DNA of 32,612 nt from Toensbergia leucococca. Its lineage: Eukaryota. The notes under the pieces are model-generated. The model saw only the letters and a program-made list of their open reading frames with translations. It was not told the origin of the DNA and ran no database searches. Each line of letters opens with the position of its first letter. Position 1 is the stretch's first letter. Made by a program: the position numbers and the translations under genes. Below are positions 21,377 to 32,612 of this stretch, one piece after another. Location: contig JALDZS010000239.1 in NCBI GenBank assembly GCA_022813965.1, positions 1 through 32,612 on the forward strand, in the 5' to 3' direction.

Positions 21377-23284
21377 TCAATCATCTCCCAATTTCCTCCG
21401 TTTCACCGGGCCGTCAAAAGGACCCAACGCCGGCTTTGCCTCTCCCAGTGTACATTGCAGTGGTGTATCCACATGGTCCTCGTGTTGCGCGAGATCAGGA
21501 GTGACAGCCTTCTGAGGCGTGGATTTTGAGGTCTCCGAAATTCGGGGAGGCAGCGTGAGAGAGAAAAAGAGGAGTTCGCGGGAGGGATGCTGGCTATGGT
21601 GTGCTGGTGTAGAGTTTGTTTTGGCTGGGGCAATAGGGGATTGGGGTGCTTTCTTTGGGCTTTTTGGCGCTGTTCCGCTTTTCGCGGCTGATCTGAATAG
21701 CGAAAAGAATCCTCTCCCTTCATCGCGGCTCTTCTCGTCTTTCTTTGCATTTCCTTCATCCTCTTCTGCTGTCTCCTTTACCTCCGTCTCCACGCTTTCA
21801 TTGTACTCCCACATAGCCTTCAAATCACCCTTTACAAAAGCAGTCCCCCATAAAGAGCCCAACACCCCAGGGACGAGATACAATAGCGCCGGTTGAGCGT
21901 GTCCGAACCCGTGCATAACACCTAGCGTGCAGATCATTCCGGCGACGTAGCCGACGAGACTGGCGTGGAAGTATGGTTTTGGGAAGAGGCGGCCGGAGAT
22001 GCTGCTGTTGTGATGGTGGTTGAGCCAGAAGCGATCACCCCAGGCGCCGGTGGCGGGGTGGAACGGGGGCTTCATAAGTTCTCGGTTAGCTTCAGGGCTT
22101 TCTTCTAGTTCACCAGTATGTTCGGGCTCATCAGAAGTGGCTGGTGATGCGGATTCTAGCGAACGACGGGTCTGCTTCCGCAGATAGAAGAGGTAAAGAT
22201 CGAATCTCAAAGCGAGCCCAATCATGATGCCCGGTAGTACAATGTCGCCTAGTCCAAGCATGGCTAATGCCTGCCTCTCCGGGTCATCTTTTGGTCCTGG
22301 TGGTCTGGGGAAGAGTAATTTTGCGGGTATATCGAGTTTTGTAGCCACCGTCACCATGATGGGAGTGAAGAAGACAAAGTAGATATCATAAGCGAACAGG
22401 GAGCTAAGGATTAAAGTACCAGTCCAGAAGGTGGTCGGAGACATTATTTGCAGGGCACCATAGCTAAGACTGAAGCCGAGAAGGTTTGTCAGGAACCAGG
22501 GTTTGTCAACGAGGTTGAAGTAGAGTACTGCAGCAACGGCGAGGAAGAGGCTGGTGAAGCCTTGCGGTCCAACGCGGAAATTAACCTTTCCGAGATCGCG
22601 TACGTAGGCCCGTACTCTGATCCGTCGCATTGGTAACTCTCGGAGGTACCACAGTGTATTAAGGATGGTTGGTGGCAGGGCCAATTTAGATAGTAACCCA
22701 GGTAAAGGCGAAGTGCGGTCCAGTGATTTTTCTAAGCTTACTATGTCTTGAGCCCTAGTTTTCACGATTCTCTCTTTGCTCTTCGCTTCCCACAGGAGTC
22801 CGTTATTACTGTATCTGGCGGGAAAGACGAAAGATGAAACGGTAGTCATGGTATCGGTGAAAAGACGAGCGACAGAGATAGTCCCAAATATGGAAAAGTA
22901 CCAATTCAGGATCAAGTTCAGCAAGGCGGGATCTTGTAGCCATTTGATTATGAAATACAGTCCGGTGAGGGTGGAACCAGCGAGGAGTGGAAACATGATG
23001 GCATCTGAAGGCGAGAGGCCTTCCATTTTCTGGTGCGTTTCTTCGTCTCGGCCGTCTTCGTCTTCATCATCATCATCATCATTGTCCTCGTCACTTGAAG
23101 TTTTCTTGCGCTGGAGTGGCGTGGCAGCCGAGGAAGGGGGTGAGAGAGATGCGTGTGCGCCAGTGTAGATGGGGAATAAGGCAGAAATTAGAAGATGAGC
23201 ATAGGTTGGTAGATACGGCTGGAATAAAGCAAATTCGAAGGCGATTCGTCCAAGGATCTCGGTGGCAGGACCAGGTTCAGACAT
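21377..23284 (-). CDS. sppA: Signal peptide peptidase (intramembrane aspartyl protease, MEROPS A22B)
   Basis: Single 635-aa ORF with catalytic YD (FAYDIYFVF), LGLGD and QPALLYLVP motifs in multiple TM segments. Confidence 0.95.
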   Translation of the reverse strand: MSEPGPATEILGRIAFEFALFQPYLPTYAHLLISALFPIYTGAHASLSPPSSAATPLQRKKTSSDEDNDDDDDEDEDGRDEETHQKMEGLSPSDAIMFPLLAGSTLTGLYFIIKWLQDPALLNLILNWYFSIFGTISVARLFTDTMTTVSSFVFPARYSNNGLLWEAKSKERIVKTRAQDIVSLEKSLDRTSPLPGLLSKLALPPTILNTLWYLRELPMRRIRVRAYVRDLGKVNFRVGPQGFTSLFLAVAAVLYFNLVDKPWFLTNLLGFSLSYGALQIMSPTTFWTGTLILSSLFAYDIYFVFFTPIMVTVATKLDIPAKLLFPRPPGPKDDPERQALAMLGLGDIVLPGIMIGLALRFDLYLFYLRKQTRRSLESASPATSDEPEHTGELEESPEANRELMKPPFHPATGAWGDRFWLNHHHNSSISGRLFPKPYFHASLVGYVAGMICTLGVMHGFGHAQPALLYLVPGVLGSLWGTAFVKGDLKAMWEYNESVETEVKETAEEDEGNAKKDEKSRDEGRGFFSLFRSAAKSGTAPKSPKKAPQSPIAPAKTNSTPAHHSQHPSRELLFFSLTLPPRISETSKSTPQKAVTPDLAQHEDHVDTPLQCTLGEAKPALGPFDGPVKRRKLGDD

Positions 23285-23531
23285 GATGAGGGAAGTGTAG
23301 CAAACAGTACCTAGATGCAGTCACGCAGATGGTTGGAGTCTGACACGGGAAGAGGAAAAGAGGAAAAGAAAGAAAGAAACTTGGATTTACTCCATGTAGA
23401 TGATACGAGAATTGAAAGCCATCCAGTATCATACACTGTTGGAGGAAGAATGTCCAGCCAATTTGTGTTGTAGATGCAGGGGAGTTTGAGGAACAAAAGT
23501 AAAGGATGATAGAATATGTATTTTATATAGT

Positions 23532-23958
23532 GCATATTCAATTCATCTGCGAAATCTTGGCACCGCAGATCCCCCCTCACCTCCACCTCGACTCCCAGGC
23601 ATTTATCATAACTACATCAAATTTAGTACTGTAAGCTTGACAACTTTCAGAGAATCATCTTAGAACATCATTCAGTAGAAAAGTATCACTCATCTAGGGA
23701 TTCTAGCAGTCTTGTGAGTCATGATCACAGTGCGTCAATTTTGAGGGGGATGAACTATCATTACTGCTTAATTCTCTGAAGCCTTTATAAGCGTTACTCA
23801 CCTACTGAATGATGTTTTCAGATGCTCTCAAGTGATTCCTCAGTGGCTATCAAGCTTACAGTACCAAATTTGATGTAGGTATGGTGTAGACCTAGGATTC
23901 AGGCTGGAGGTGGGGGGGGATCTGCGGTGCCAAGATTTTGCAGATGAATTGAATATGC
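23532..23958. mobile_element. MITE-like non-autonomous DNA transposon, 427 bp, ~109-bp terminal inverted repeats, probable 8-bp target-site duplication
   Basis: Left TIR 23532-23640 (GCATATTCAATTCATCTGCGAAATCTTGGCACCGCAGATCCCCC...TGTAAGCTTGA) is the reverse complement of 23850-23958; flanks TATATAGT (23524-23531) and TAAATAGT (23959-23966) match 7/8; interior AT-rich and non-coding. Confidence 0.88.
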
Positions 23959-24075
23959 TAAATAGTGCCGTATTCTATCTGTATTTTATCGGGTTTGTCA
24001 CAGGGCTGAACTGGCGACATTTCACTTTCTACTTTGCTATTTCCTCTTTCCTCTTTCCTTCCTCTTACCAACGTG

Positions 24076-24134
24076 TCCAAACTCCAAACTCCAAACTCCA
24101 AACTCCAAACAGCACACGCTACACGCTACACGCC
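24076..24134. repeat. Adjacent heptamer tandem repeats (TCCAAAC)5 and (ACACGCT)~3
   Basis: Read directly: 24076-24110 and 24114-24134. Confidence 0.9.
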
Positions 24135-25461
24135 ACGCCGCCCAAGCAGATAAACTCAATCGTGTCAACCGTGTGCATTTCACTATCTTTAGAGTCTCTG
24201 GAGCAGCACTCAATTGCAAACGTGAAACGCTACTTTCTTTACACATCCAATTCTAATCATCAATCCAATTTCGAGACATCCTCTTCTCCATTGGCTGCAC
24301 TACATTGCCACATTACAGGCTAGATGACGTGGATTCAAGGGTATCCTGTATGATGCTGTCGCTTTGAAAATCCTAGAATACTTGAAAGTCGTGTTCCTAC
24401 CATGGGAACATGTTTGGTGCCTCTAATCGAGGAATATGTTATGATCATGTGCTTTTAAACATGCTTGAAATCATTTCTTTGCTGAAGCGGATACTGCATC
24501 GCATACCTCTGGCGTTGACTTCATTTAAGATGCTTTCATCGTCATGCCATCTGTCAAGTTGTTGCACTGGCTCAAGACTCGCTCACGATTTGCAACATGA
24601 TTATCCAAAGAAGAAAATTGATAATAGAGAAAATCCTTCCTAAATTTGTTGAAGCCATTCGACTGCAAATCGGAACTTACATTGTTCGCCTAATTAGGCA
24701 TAGTCCTCGTGGCGATTTCGACTTCGCCTCTCCCATGTTTGGTTGGAACTCTTGATTCCTCGATTCTTCCTCTTGACTCTTCTTACCAACACCAACTTTC
24801 ATTTCTTGTCATACCACGTCTCATGACAGCAATCCTTGGTACTCGGTGAATCCTCAGCCTAGCTGAAGATGATCACGTACTTCATTTTCGACAATCTTCA
24901 CCCTGTGTCTTTCATCATTCCAATGCTCACAACGATGCTGTTATCCATCCATAGCAGATGCAAGACTTTCATTGCTCATTCCTGTATCTTTGTATCTTTT
25001 ACTACAGGCCCATTTGTCCTAGACACCTACAAGCAGCATTGTCATCAAGTCTATGCTAGATCTTCATCAATCAACAAGCCAGAGTCACACAAACACAACT
25101 TCAAGCAAAGCCTTCGAGATCAACACGACCTAGTACCTCTACTTGAAGATCGGCCGTGACATCACCCCTATGATAGGCAAAGTTGTCCAAGCATGTCTTT
25201 CAACGCTGACAATTCAATTGTCGATACCTCTCTCGATCCTACATTCGATGTTGTTAGATATGTACGTACATTGTTGGCTTCTTTCATTTTCCTAGCTCTT
25301 GACTGCTACTCGCTACCTATATATCTTTCCAACCTCTCCTTCTGATTCATCATCCTCATCCTTCACATCATCACAAATCAGCAGGATTTCCTCAAGATCG
25401 ATAACTCTGTCATACTTGATATTTTTTATTTCTTCCAAGATTTGCCGGACATTTCTTGATC

Positions 25462-26200
25462 ATGTATACTAAAGCCGAACTGCTGTGCCTTCTTGCTGCT
25501 TTGGCCGCTCCATCATTCGCTGCCCCCAATCCAGTGCCAACCGTTATCCCCCCGCCAGCACAAGCTGCAACTCCCCCAGGAGTCGTCTCATATCCTGGTT
25601 ACTATAGTTGGTAAGTAAGGCCTAAACTACACTTCAACTCATCAAAAGCCACTTCAACTTCCTCCGTCTCAATCAAACGTATTCATCCCACCCACGCTCG
25701 CCAGCTAATCCCCTACTAGTAATACGGTCCCCAAACCGGCTTCCCTCCCCCCAACAGGCGGCGTATCTACTGTCCCTTTATGCACCAACATCGGCGCCCA
25801 ACCCGGAAATTACTCCCTCGAAGTCTCCTTCGGCTACTCCACCACCAGCACCCCCAATGGCCCCTACCAATACGTCCAATTTCTCACCGCCCCCAATTGC
25901 CTCAACGGCACTGCCGGTGAAGATCATCTCGCATACAGCAACCAAGGTGGCGGCTTGCAGCCTCCGACGTTCACAGGTTGCTTCAACATGGACGGCGTGC
26001 AGTACGCTTCGGCGTATTTCTACAACGACCCGTCGCAGGCCATGGCGTCGCCGCACGTTCCCATCAATGGGCCGAACCTTGGATTGGATGACTTGACCGG
26101 AGGGCTCCCACCCGCGCGGGTTGGAGGGTTTAGCACTGGCCTTCCATTGGCCACGTCGACGCCTGTGCCGGGTTCGAACCCTGTGCCGGGTAGCAGCTAG
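25462..26200 (+). CDS. Small secreted Pro/Gly-rich protein (209 aa) of unknown function
   Basis: Exon 1 25462-25610 encodes signal peptide MYTKAELLCLLAALAAPSFA-APNP; intron 25611-25719 (GTAAGT..GCTAAT..TAG); exon 2 25720-26200 open to TAG; total 630 nt; 4 Cys in the mature part. Confidence 0.8.
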
Positions 26201-27196
26201 GGGCAAATGATCAGGGGCCAAGGCTGACTAGGAAATACACGAAGAAGCGAAGATATAGGAAGCTGCGGTGATGGGAGGTTTTTGTTTTGCAAAAGCGTTG
26301 TCTTTTCATTGCTTTTGTTATTGTTCCTTTTCCCCATCCTCTCTATCCGGCAGGAAGAAAATATAAATCCCCACCCCCACCCCCGGCTTCAGCTGTTTGG
26401 TTCTACCGCAATGACCCAAAACCTCCTCCACTGTAATCTAGATAAAGACATACTTTTCCTTATCTCCAAGTAAAACCCTCTCCAAAAAATCCTCTCCAAA
26501 ACCATACGCTATGAGAACACTCGCGCCACCCATCTCAGAGCCACCTTTCAAACCGCCAGATTTACATTAATAGAATTCTATTCCCCCCCCCAACCTTCCT
26601 GGGCGTCAAGAGCGGATATCCAAATCGCCAAAAAAAAAACGGAAGACACTGCCTGTATTTAGACGTATGCAAAAACATCTGCGAAACAATTGCACCGCGA
26701 GTCCCTTCCCCCCCCACCACCTCCACCCCGATTGAGGCTGAGTTGGTGAATGAGTGGGTTGAGTGCTGAGAAAAAGTACAAGGATTGGAGATTTGAGATG
26801 AGGGGATTAGGGTTTGTAGTGGTGAGTTTGAGTGCTTTTGAGAGGGTTGATTGATTGAGTGATTGGGTTGGGGGTTGCTGGTGGGGCCTGAGGGGTTTTA
26901 TAAGGTGTGGTGTTTTTGGGGGGGGGGGTTGGGTTGAGGATTTGTGGGGTTTGGTATGCTAATGGGGGCATTGCTCCAAGGAAAAAAAAAAGGCGGGTCA
27001 ATAGAGAGAGAGGCCACGTTTGTTAAACAGATCTTGGGATGTGTTCTGGGCTGCGCTGGCAGATTGTATGGCGTGAGATGAAACTAGGTAGTGCGGTGAT
27101 TCTATTCCAGGGATCAGGTGATCCGAAGCGTTGCTTTATGTGGCAACATGCGGGAGACCTCAGCAGCTCATCCAGATCCCTCGTAAGAACAGCCAT

Positions 27197-27812
27197 CTAA
27201 ACATCCTCTTCTCCCTCCTCAACAACCCTCGCCCTCAAAATCTTCACCTCATCAGCCGGCCTATCCTCCGCCCCGGTCTTCACCAACCCCATCCTCTGCA
27301 CAACCCTCAGCCCACTCCTCACTCTTCCAAAGATCGTATGCTTCCCATCCAACCACGGCGTCGGGGCCAACGTGATGAAAAACTGACTCCCATTAGTATT
27401 AGGGCCGCTATTGGCCATGCTCAGGATGCCGGCGCCGGTGTGTTTGAGGGCGGGGTGGATTTCGTCGGCGAAGGTGGTGTTGTTGTTGTAGATGGAGGAG
27501 CCCCCGCGACCGGTGCCGGTGGGGTCGCCGGTTTGGAGCATGAAGTTTGGGATTATGCGGTGGAAGAGGATGGAGTTGTAGTAGCCGCGTTGGGCGAGGG
27601 TGGTGAAGTTGGTGCAGGTCTGGCGTGGGAATAGAGTGGGTTAGGTTTGATGGGATGAAGGGAGGGTGGGAGGGCGGGTACCTTTGGGGCATGTTCGGTA
27701 TAGAGCTCAATGGTTATGGAGCCCTTGGAGAGGAGATTAGTTGAATTATGATGGGGGTTGAGTTTCCTGTGTTGCTTGCCATGGTGGTGTCCAGAATGAC
27801 GGTTGGAGCCAT
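27197..27812 (-). CDS. PPIL1: Cyclophilin-type peptidyl-prolyl isomerase, PPIL1/Cyp1 (spliceosomal) type, 165 aa
   Basis: Exons 27812-27780, 27723-27682, 27619-27197; intron 1 is GC..AG, intron 2 GT..AG. Spliced protein [30 protein letters not shown]...[26 protein letters not shown]...[43 protein letters not shown]. Confidence 0.93.
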
Positions 27813-30639
27813 CTTATGTGTTGCTTAATCGTGCCAGATGGACACCTCTCTTCTAAGGCTTGTAAGCATGGCTATGCAAGTCGTCGATAGATGGCTATGA
27901 GATGAGACATGGAATTCGCAGCGATGCGCAATTGCACACATGGAATCAAGGAAATCAGTGCAAAGTTTTGAATTTTGAAATTGACATTTCTTAGGATACT
28001 GAAGTTCTAGAATAGAATATTCTAGTGTGTGCAGAAAGGTATAAAATCCTTGGCACACAGAAAAGCAGTCACAGATAGCTTGTTTCTCTCCTAGGTACTC
28101 GATTTTTCAGCAATTCTATCAATTATGTATCATACTTATTAGTTATTTCATCAGCATCCCCATTTCATTAAATATTTGAGGATATAGGATCTACTGATGC
28201 GTCCTACAGTGGTGGAAGATGCCTGAGCCCTCGCGGTGGATAGATGTAATCACGCAGGCGCAAGATGGGTTATTTGACGTCCAGAGAACCAATACATACG
28301 GGGAGCGGTGAAAAGGACCGGCGATTCGAAGTTTCGATAGAAAGAGGTGGGGGTTAGGGAAAGGAGCCGCTTAGGATTCTGGTATAGATTTCAATCTGAA
28401 GTTTTTCAGACAATAGAGAGTGTCACGGGCAGGGTATGCGAAGGATACCCGGACAGTCCTTATACATTTACCCAAGGACTAAGCCTTTCATGGCCACGCA
28501 CTTCTCCCGAGTGCTGGTCAATGAAGGCATGTAGCCACTTGGCCCACATAGCCGTACTCGGGCTTCTTTGACTTTCGTCGTTGATGTTTTTGACTGACGT
28601 GTCACTCATCCGAAGCTGAGAACAAATGAACAACATGCCGCTCCTCATAATGACACCTAAAAACGTTTCTCATCATCACCATTCTTTCCACTCATGTTGC
28701 CGGTCATGACGGTTGATCTAAGCTCTCACCCTCTGTCTAGCTCACTGGGCATCGCTTAGATAGCTTCGGTCGTCATGTGGTAGCTCACTACGGGCACTAC
28801 CTATTGATTCTACCAAAGAGTCTGACCTTATCACGTCATTTGAACATGAACATTCATCACCTGGTCATCCTCGACCCGGGAGCTGTATTCGAGTGTATCG
28901 TGTAAGAGCACCATTGCCAATAGGGGAAGATGTCTGAGACACGTTTGACTTGATTGGGGAAAAATTACAAAGCCGTCGAAGTCTGTTCCATGCTAATAGG
29001 TCAACGCATTCTTCAGCGCTTGTGGTGACGGATTGGTTGTTAACCAGGCCAATTGCATAGGAAAGAGACAGACTTCCGAGCTCAGACGCACCACTCAAAG
29101 TTCGATAATGGGCAATGGCGCAGTGCATACGCCCGCCACCCACCTGCATCTGCTCATTTCACTGAAAAGATGGAAAGATGGCTATGCCAGTAATTGTGCT
29201 GCATGACGAAACATGGTGTGGGGGAGTGCTCAGCCGTATCTGCCTCATTTTGCCTTGTTCAAATTGCTGCATGGAACACGGGGTGAGCCGAACCTTAAGA
29301 TACCCAGAGCAAGTTGGTGTACATGGTCGTAGTCACTGTGAGATCTTGAAAGAATGAATATCGTGCATCGACGGAAAGAATAGATTAGGAATGAGACTGC
29401 CCTCCTCTGATTTGATCAGCAGAAATCTCAATCTCGATACGGCTGGTGAAACTGCCGAGGGATAGATGGATAAATAGATGTTCTGCATTCAGCAATCTGC
29501 AATCTGCAGCGACCCTGCCCCCACGACTTTGACCTTAATCAAACGTCGATCATCCTGTACATCATGGCCTTCCTTGCTTCTGCATCGGAATCCGGGGCCG
29601 AGTGATTGCTTGCACCGTCTATTTCTGTCCCCCCGATAATTCCGAGGGGCTAATCAAGTTTTCTGTCAATCGGAACACAAAAGGTTGGAAAGACGCGTTG
29701 CTCAATTGCTAATGCGAATGATGAGTTGAATGAAGACAGCAATAATTCCTAGACAAGCAGACGGAGTACCACAAACTTTCCTTGAATTTCTTGGGAAAAT
29801 GAAGATGTGAAAATTGAATCAGAGGATGGACCCCTTGAAGTCTCCAACAAACCACCACGAACTTTGACCAGTTCTGATTCGCTCGTCGTTTGTCCACCTT
29901 CCCGTTTCTTCCTCCACACTTGTCTACTAGCGGGGACGAAGCCGGGCCAAATATCCTTATCAGCAGGACGGTTGCATGACCGGTAGACCTAGCCCTTTCA
30001 CCTTTAGCCCTACTTATCAAAATGGCCAGAAGCCTTGAAGAAGAAAATATACATCATCACATCAATCGCCATATCAACCACCATCACCAATTAAATCCTT
30101 TTCCGACCCCTTTACTCCGCGCCTCCCATCCACTGACATTCAACAATTCCCACACCTTGTGCAGCAACGGCACAGTCCAAACCTTGGCCTTGGCAGGGAT
30201 TCGTCTCCTGCAGCTCTTGCGTGCAGCTGTTTTCAGCCCGTTGCGGCCCACCCCGTCCCGTGGGATCATTTGACCACACCTATGAATCCTTCAATTGCAA
30301 CTTCATCAAATTACCTACCTGCGATTCAAATTTGCAACTGAAGCACGTTCTGCCACTAGCCTATAGCTGAGTGACCTTTTCTTTTTTTCTTTTAGCCAAC
30401 GAGGACGTCAACACCTTTAGATCATGCAATTTATACGTATCAAGATGGCACCCACAAAGTGTGCTGGGATTATTGTGTAATGAGTCTATCGCCGTGGCCT
30501 AACTATTAATAATCTGTAATTGGTGTTTCCGTTGCCCTAATACCTAGGATTCTCTTCCTCTATCGCCTTGTTCGCACTCCGCTTCCTGCCATTGGTTTTT
30601 CGCTATCTCATCTATAATATACCGGCAGAAAGACAATAT

Positions 30640-31966
30640 ATGGATCAATCTCCTACGTCCGATTACTCGCTAGAATACCTGGCCGAGTACTGTGGCGGTC
30701 GATTAATAGCAGTAAGCGTTGCCTTTATCGTCCTCGAGATATTCTTCGTGGCTCTCCGATCCTTTGCTCGACTTGAGACGAGTTCACCTCGAGGATGGGA
30801 CGACTACTTGATTGGTCCTGCGTTGATCTTGAATCTTGGGACATGCGTGGTTGGGATTCGTAAGTATCAGAAATCCACCCGTCTCGTTTGGTATACTAAG
30901 AAGCACGTAGTCATGGTGCACTTTGCGGGAGTTGGCCGCCATGAAGCTGTTTTCAAAGATTCGATCGGTTCGGTACTTCTTGTATGGGGAGAATACCTCT
31001 ACGCGCTGGAGATTTTATATCTCACCGCCATCGCCCTGTCGAAAATGTCGATCCTGTTTCTTTACTTGCGAGTCTTGGTGACTAGACTTTATAGAATAAT
31101 CACCTACGTTCTGATGGCTTGGGTCACTCTTTCTTGTCTTGCCTTTGTCATCGCTGCAACCGTCGGATGTACGCCGGTCTCGTACTTGTGGAATAAGAGT
31201 ATCCCTGGTGGTCATTGCGTCAACACCTTCACCATAGGCCAAATGGCCAATATACCGAGCATTGTCAGCGATGTTATAATGCTTATCCTACCAATGCCAA
31301 TGGTATGGGGGTTGCGAATCTCGAGCGTCCGAAAATTCGGGCTTACCCTTGTCTTTTTGACCGGAAGCGTGTTAGTACCTTATCCCTCGTTCCAATCTTT
31401 AGGACTCTAGTCTGGAACCCAGCTAACCAAGTCAATCGAATAAGTGGTCTCGTTTCATCTTGCATACGACTGTCTATATTTATCAACTCTACGGGATCCG
31501 ATTCCGGGGATACCACATGTACGTCTCAATCACTGCTCTCTATGTATCCAATTGACAAGTTCCATGAATAGGGGATTCAATAACCCCAATAATCTGGACC
31601 ATTGTCGAACCCGGCGTGTATATGATAGCGGCATGCCTTCCAGCTTTGCGAGTCTTGATATCGCAATCAACCTTTACCTCCATGAAAGCACGCTTCGTCA
31701 CCGCTCCCGAGTCCCCATTCAGCAGCCTCACATCTCGTGGCAAAAGCATTCGACTGGACAAACTGTCAGATCCTCATCCTGGTGACTTCACCAGACTGGG
31801 AAGCAAGGATCTACAGCCCTATCATGTGGATATATCAAAGGGGGATGAATGTGTGACGACATCTGGGACCGACGAGGGCCATAGCAGGTTACCGTCAGCT
31901 TCAGGGATTGGAGTTACTCAAGACGTCCACGTCACCTCTGAAACGTATGATCGATTTGCTCCTTGA
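30640..31966 (+). CDS. PTH11-like integral membrane protein (fungal rhodopsin-like 7TM, no CFEM domain)
   Basis: Introns 30860-30910, 31371-31444, 31519-31571. Motifs FVALRSFAR, GWDDY, LSKMSILFLYLRV, CTPVSYLWNKSIPGGHC, SDVIMLILPMP, WTIVEPGVYMIAACLP. Confidence 0.9.
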
Positions 31967-32235
31967 GACAAGGCTCGTAAAACGGAAAGGCCTGTACTCA
32001 ACAGAGACGGGCCACTGGAAGATCATCTTCAAGTATAAGCCTGGGAAGTCGAGGATTTGCAGGTATCCACACGAAAGTCATGGAGGCGAACGCTACAATC
32101 AAGATAAAACAAATGTCATAATCTACACCTCAACCAACATCCACTCAAGACGAAGCCCAACAACGCCCCTCACCCCACCCGCCGGGCCCAAACATCAGGA
32201 AACCTCCTCTCCGGCTCCCCAATCCCCCTAAACTT

Positions 32236-32612
32236 TCACCACCGAAAAACCCTGAAACGATGCACCCCAGGATTACATTCCCGCCACTCATCATCCTCCC
32301 ACACAAAGCCAAACCGCCTCAACACCGCCAACGCACCCTGGTTCCTCACATCCACCTCCGCAACCACATCAATCACACCCAACCTCCACAAATTATTCAG
32401 AAGCGCCGCCAGCGCCTCGGTCATGTACCTATTGCCCGATCAATCGCGGCGCAGGATCATTTCCAGTTTGGAATTAGGGAAGCACGTGATCATGCCAATG
32501 GCATCGGGTCCGCCGTTGAGCGGGACGATGACGAAGTGCAAGATACCATTATTTTCCGACGCGATCCTCGCCCTCATCCACTCCGCCGTCTGCCCCACAT
32601 CGACATGCGGTC
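32236..32612 (-). pseudogene. GNAT (RimJ/RimL-type) N-acetyltransferase, 3' part, with in-frame TGA; 5' end lies outside the window
   Basis: Frame reads PHVDVGQTAEWM...HFVIV...AIGMI...LEMILRRD*SGNRYMTEAL...VVAEVDVRNQGALAVLRRFGFV; TGA at 32442-32440 next to the acetyl-CoA-binding motif. Confidence 0.7.

Noticed and set aside
23311..24323. Two ORFs (23311-23586 minus, 23910-24323 plus) sharing GDLRCQDFADELNM
   Set aside because: Artefact of reading outwards through the two MITE terminal inverted repeats; not a gene pair.
26165..26195. GGTTCGAACC resembling a tRNA T-loop/B-box
   Set aside because: Lies within coding sequence (PGSNP); no cloverleaf or A-box.
27131..27634. Long antisense ORFs over cyclophilin, RQT4, RRP43, SGF11 and SPP
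   Set aside because: Shadow ORFs caused by codon bias and C/G skew of the real genes.
26800..28360. Isolated TTAGGG hexamers (e.g. ~26807, ~28354)
   Set aside because: Single copies, not tandem; no telomeric array.
28460..28648. Minus ORF containing KWLHAFIDQHSGEV, faintly like a fungalysin propeptide segment
   Set aside because: Too short, with no flanking homology or splice support.
1..32612. CRISPR array, rRNA, TPP riboswitch, secondary-metabolite cluster
   Set aside because: No repeat-spacer array, no rRNA or riboswitch consensus and no PKS/NRPS/terpene core gene seen by eye.

Overview
Eukaryotic DNA from a filamentous ascomycete (Pezizomycotina): short GT-AG introns with CTRAC/CTAAY branch sites and typical fungal gene families. 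The secreted-protein types suggest a lichen-forming fungus, but this is inference only. Conserved genes: RQT4/ASC-1 zinc-finger protein, DHA1 MFS transporter, SGF11, ACT-family amino-acid/GABA permease, RRP43, signal peptide peptidase, PPIL1-type cyclophilin and a PTH11-like membrane protein. Accessory content lies between them: the 5' part of a NACHT (NLR-like) gene; a tail-to-tail pair of spliced, cysteine-rich secreted genes (one resembling Kex2-processed FOLD/SIX6-type effectors, the other with a KP4/Ecp2-like domain and a Cys-rich tail); a third small secreted protein; three damaged genes (a heavily decayed glutathione reductase absent from the ORF track, an RBR E3 ligase and a GNAT acetyltransferase); a 427-bp MITE in the SPP promoter; and an 80-bp palindrome. 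Several genes switch sharply from C-rich to G-rich sense strand partway through. Gene models were spliced by hand and family calls come from remembered motifs; no database search was run.
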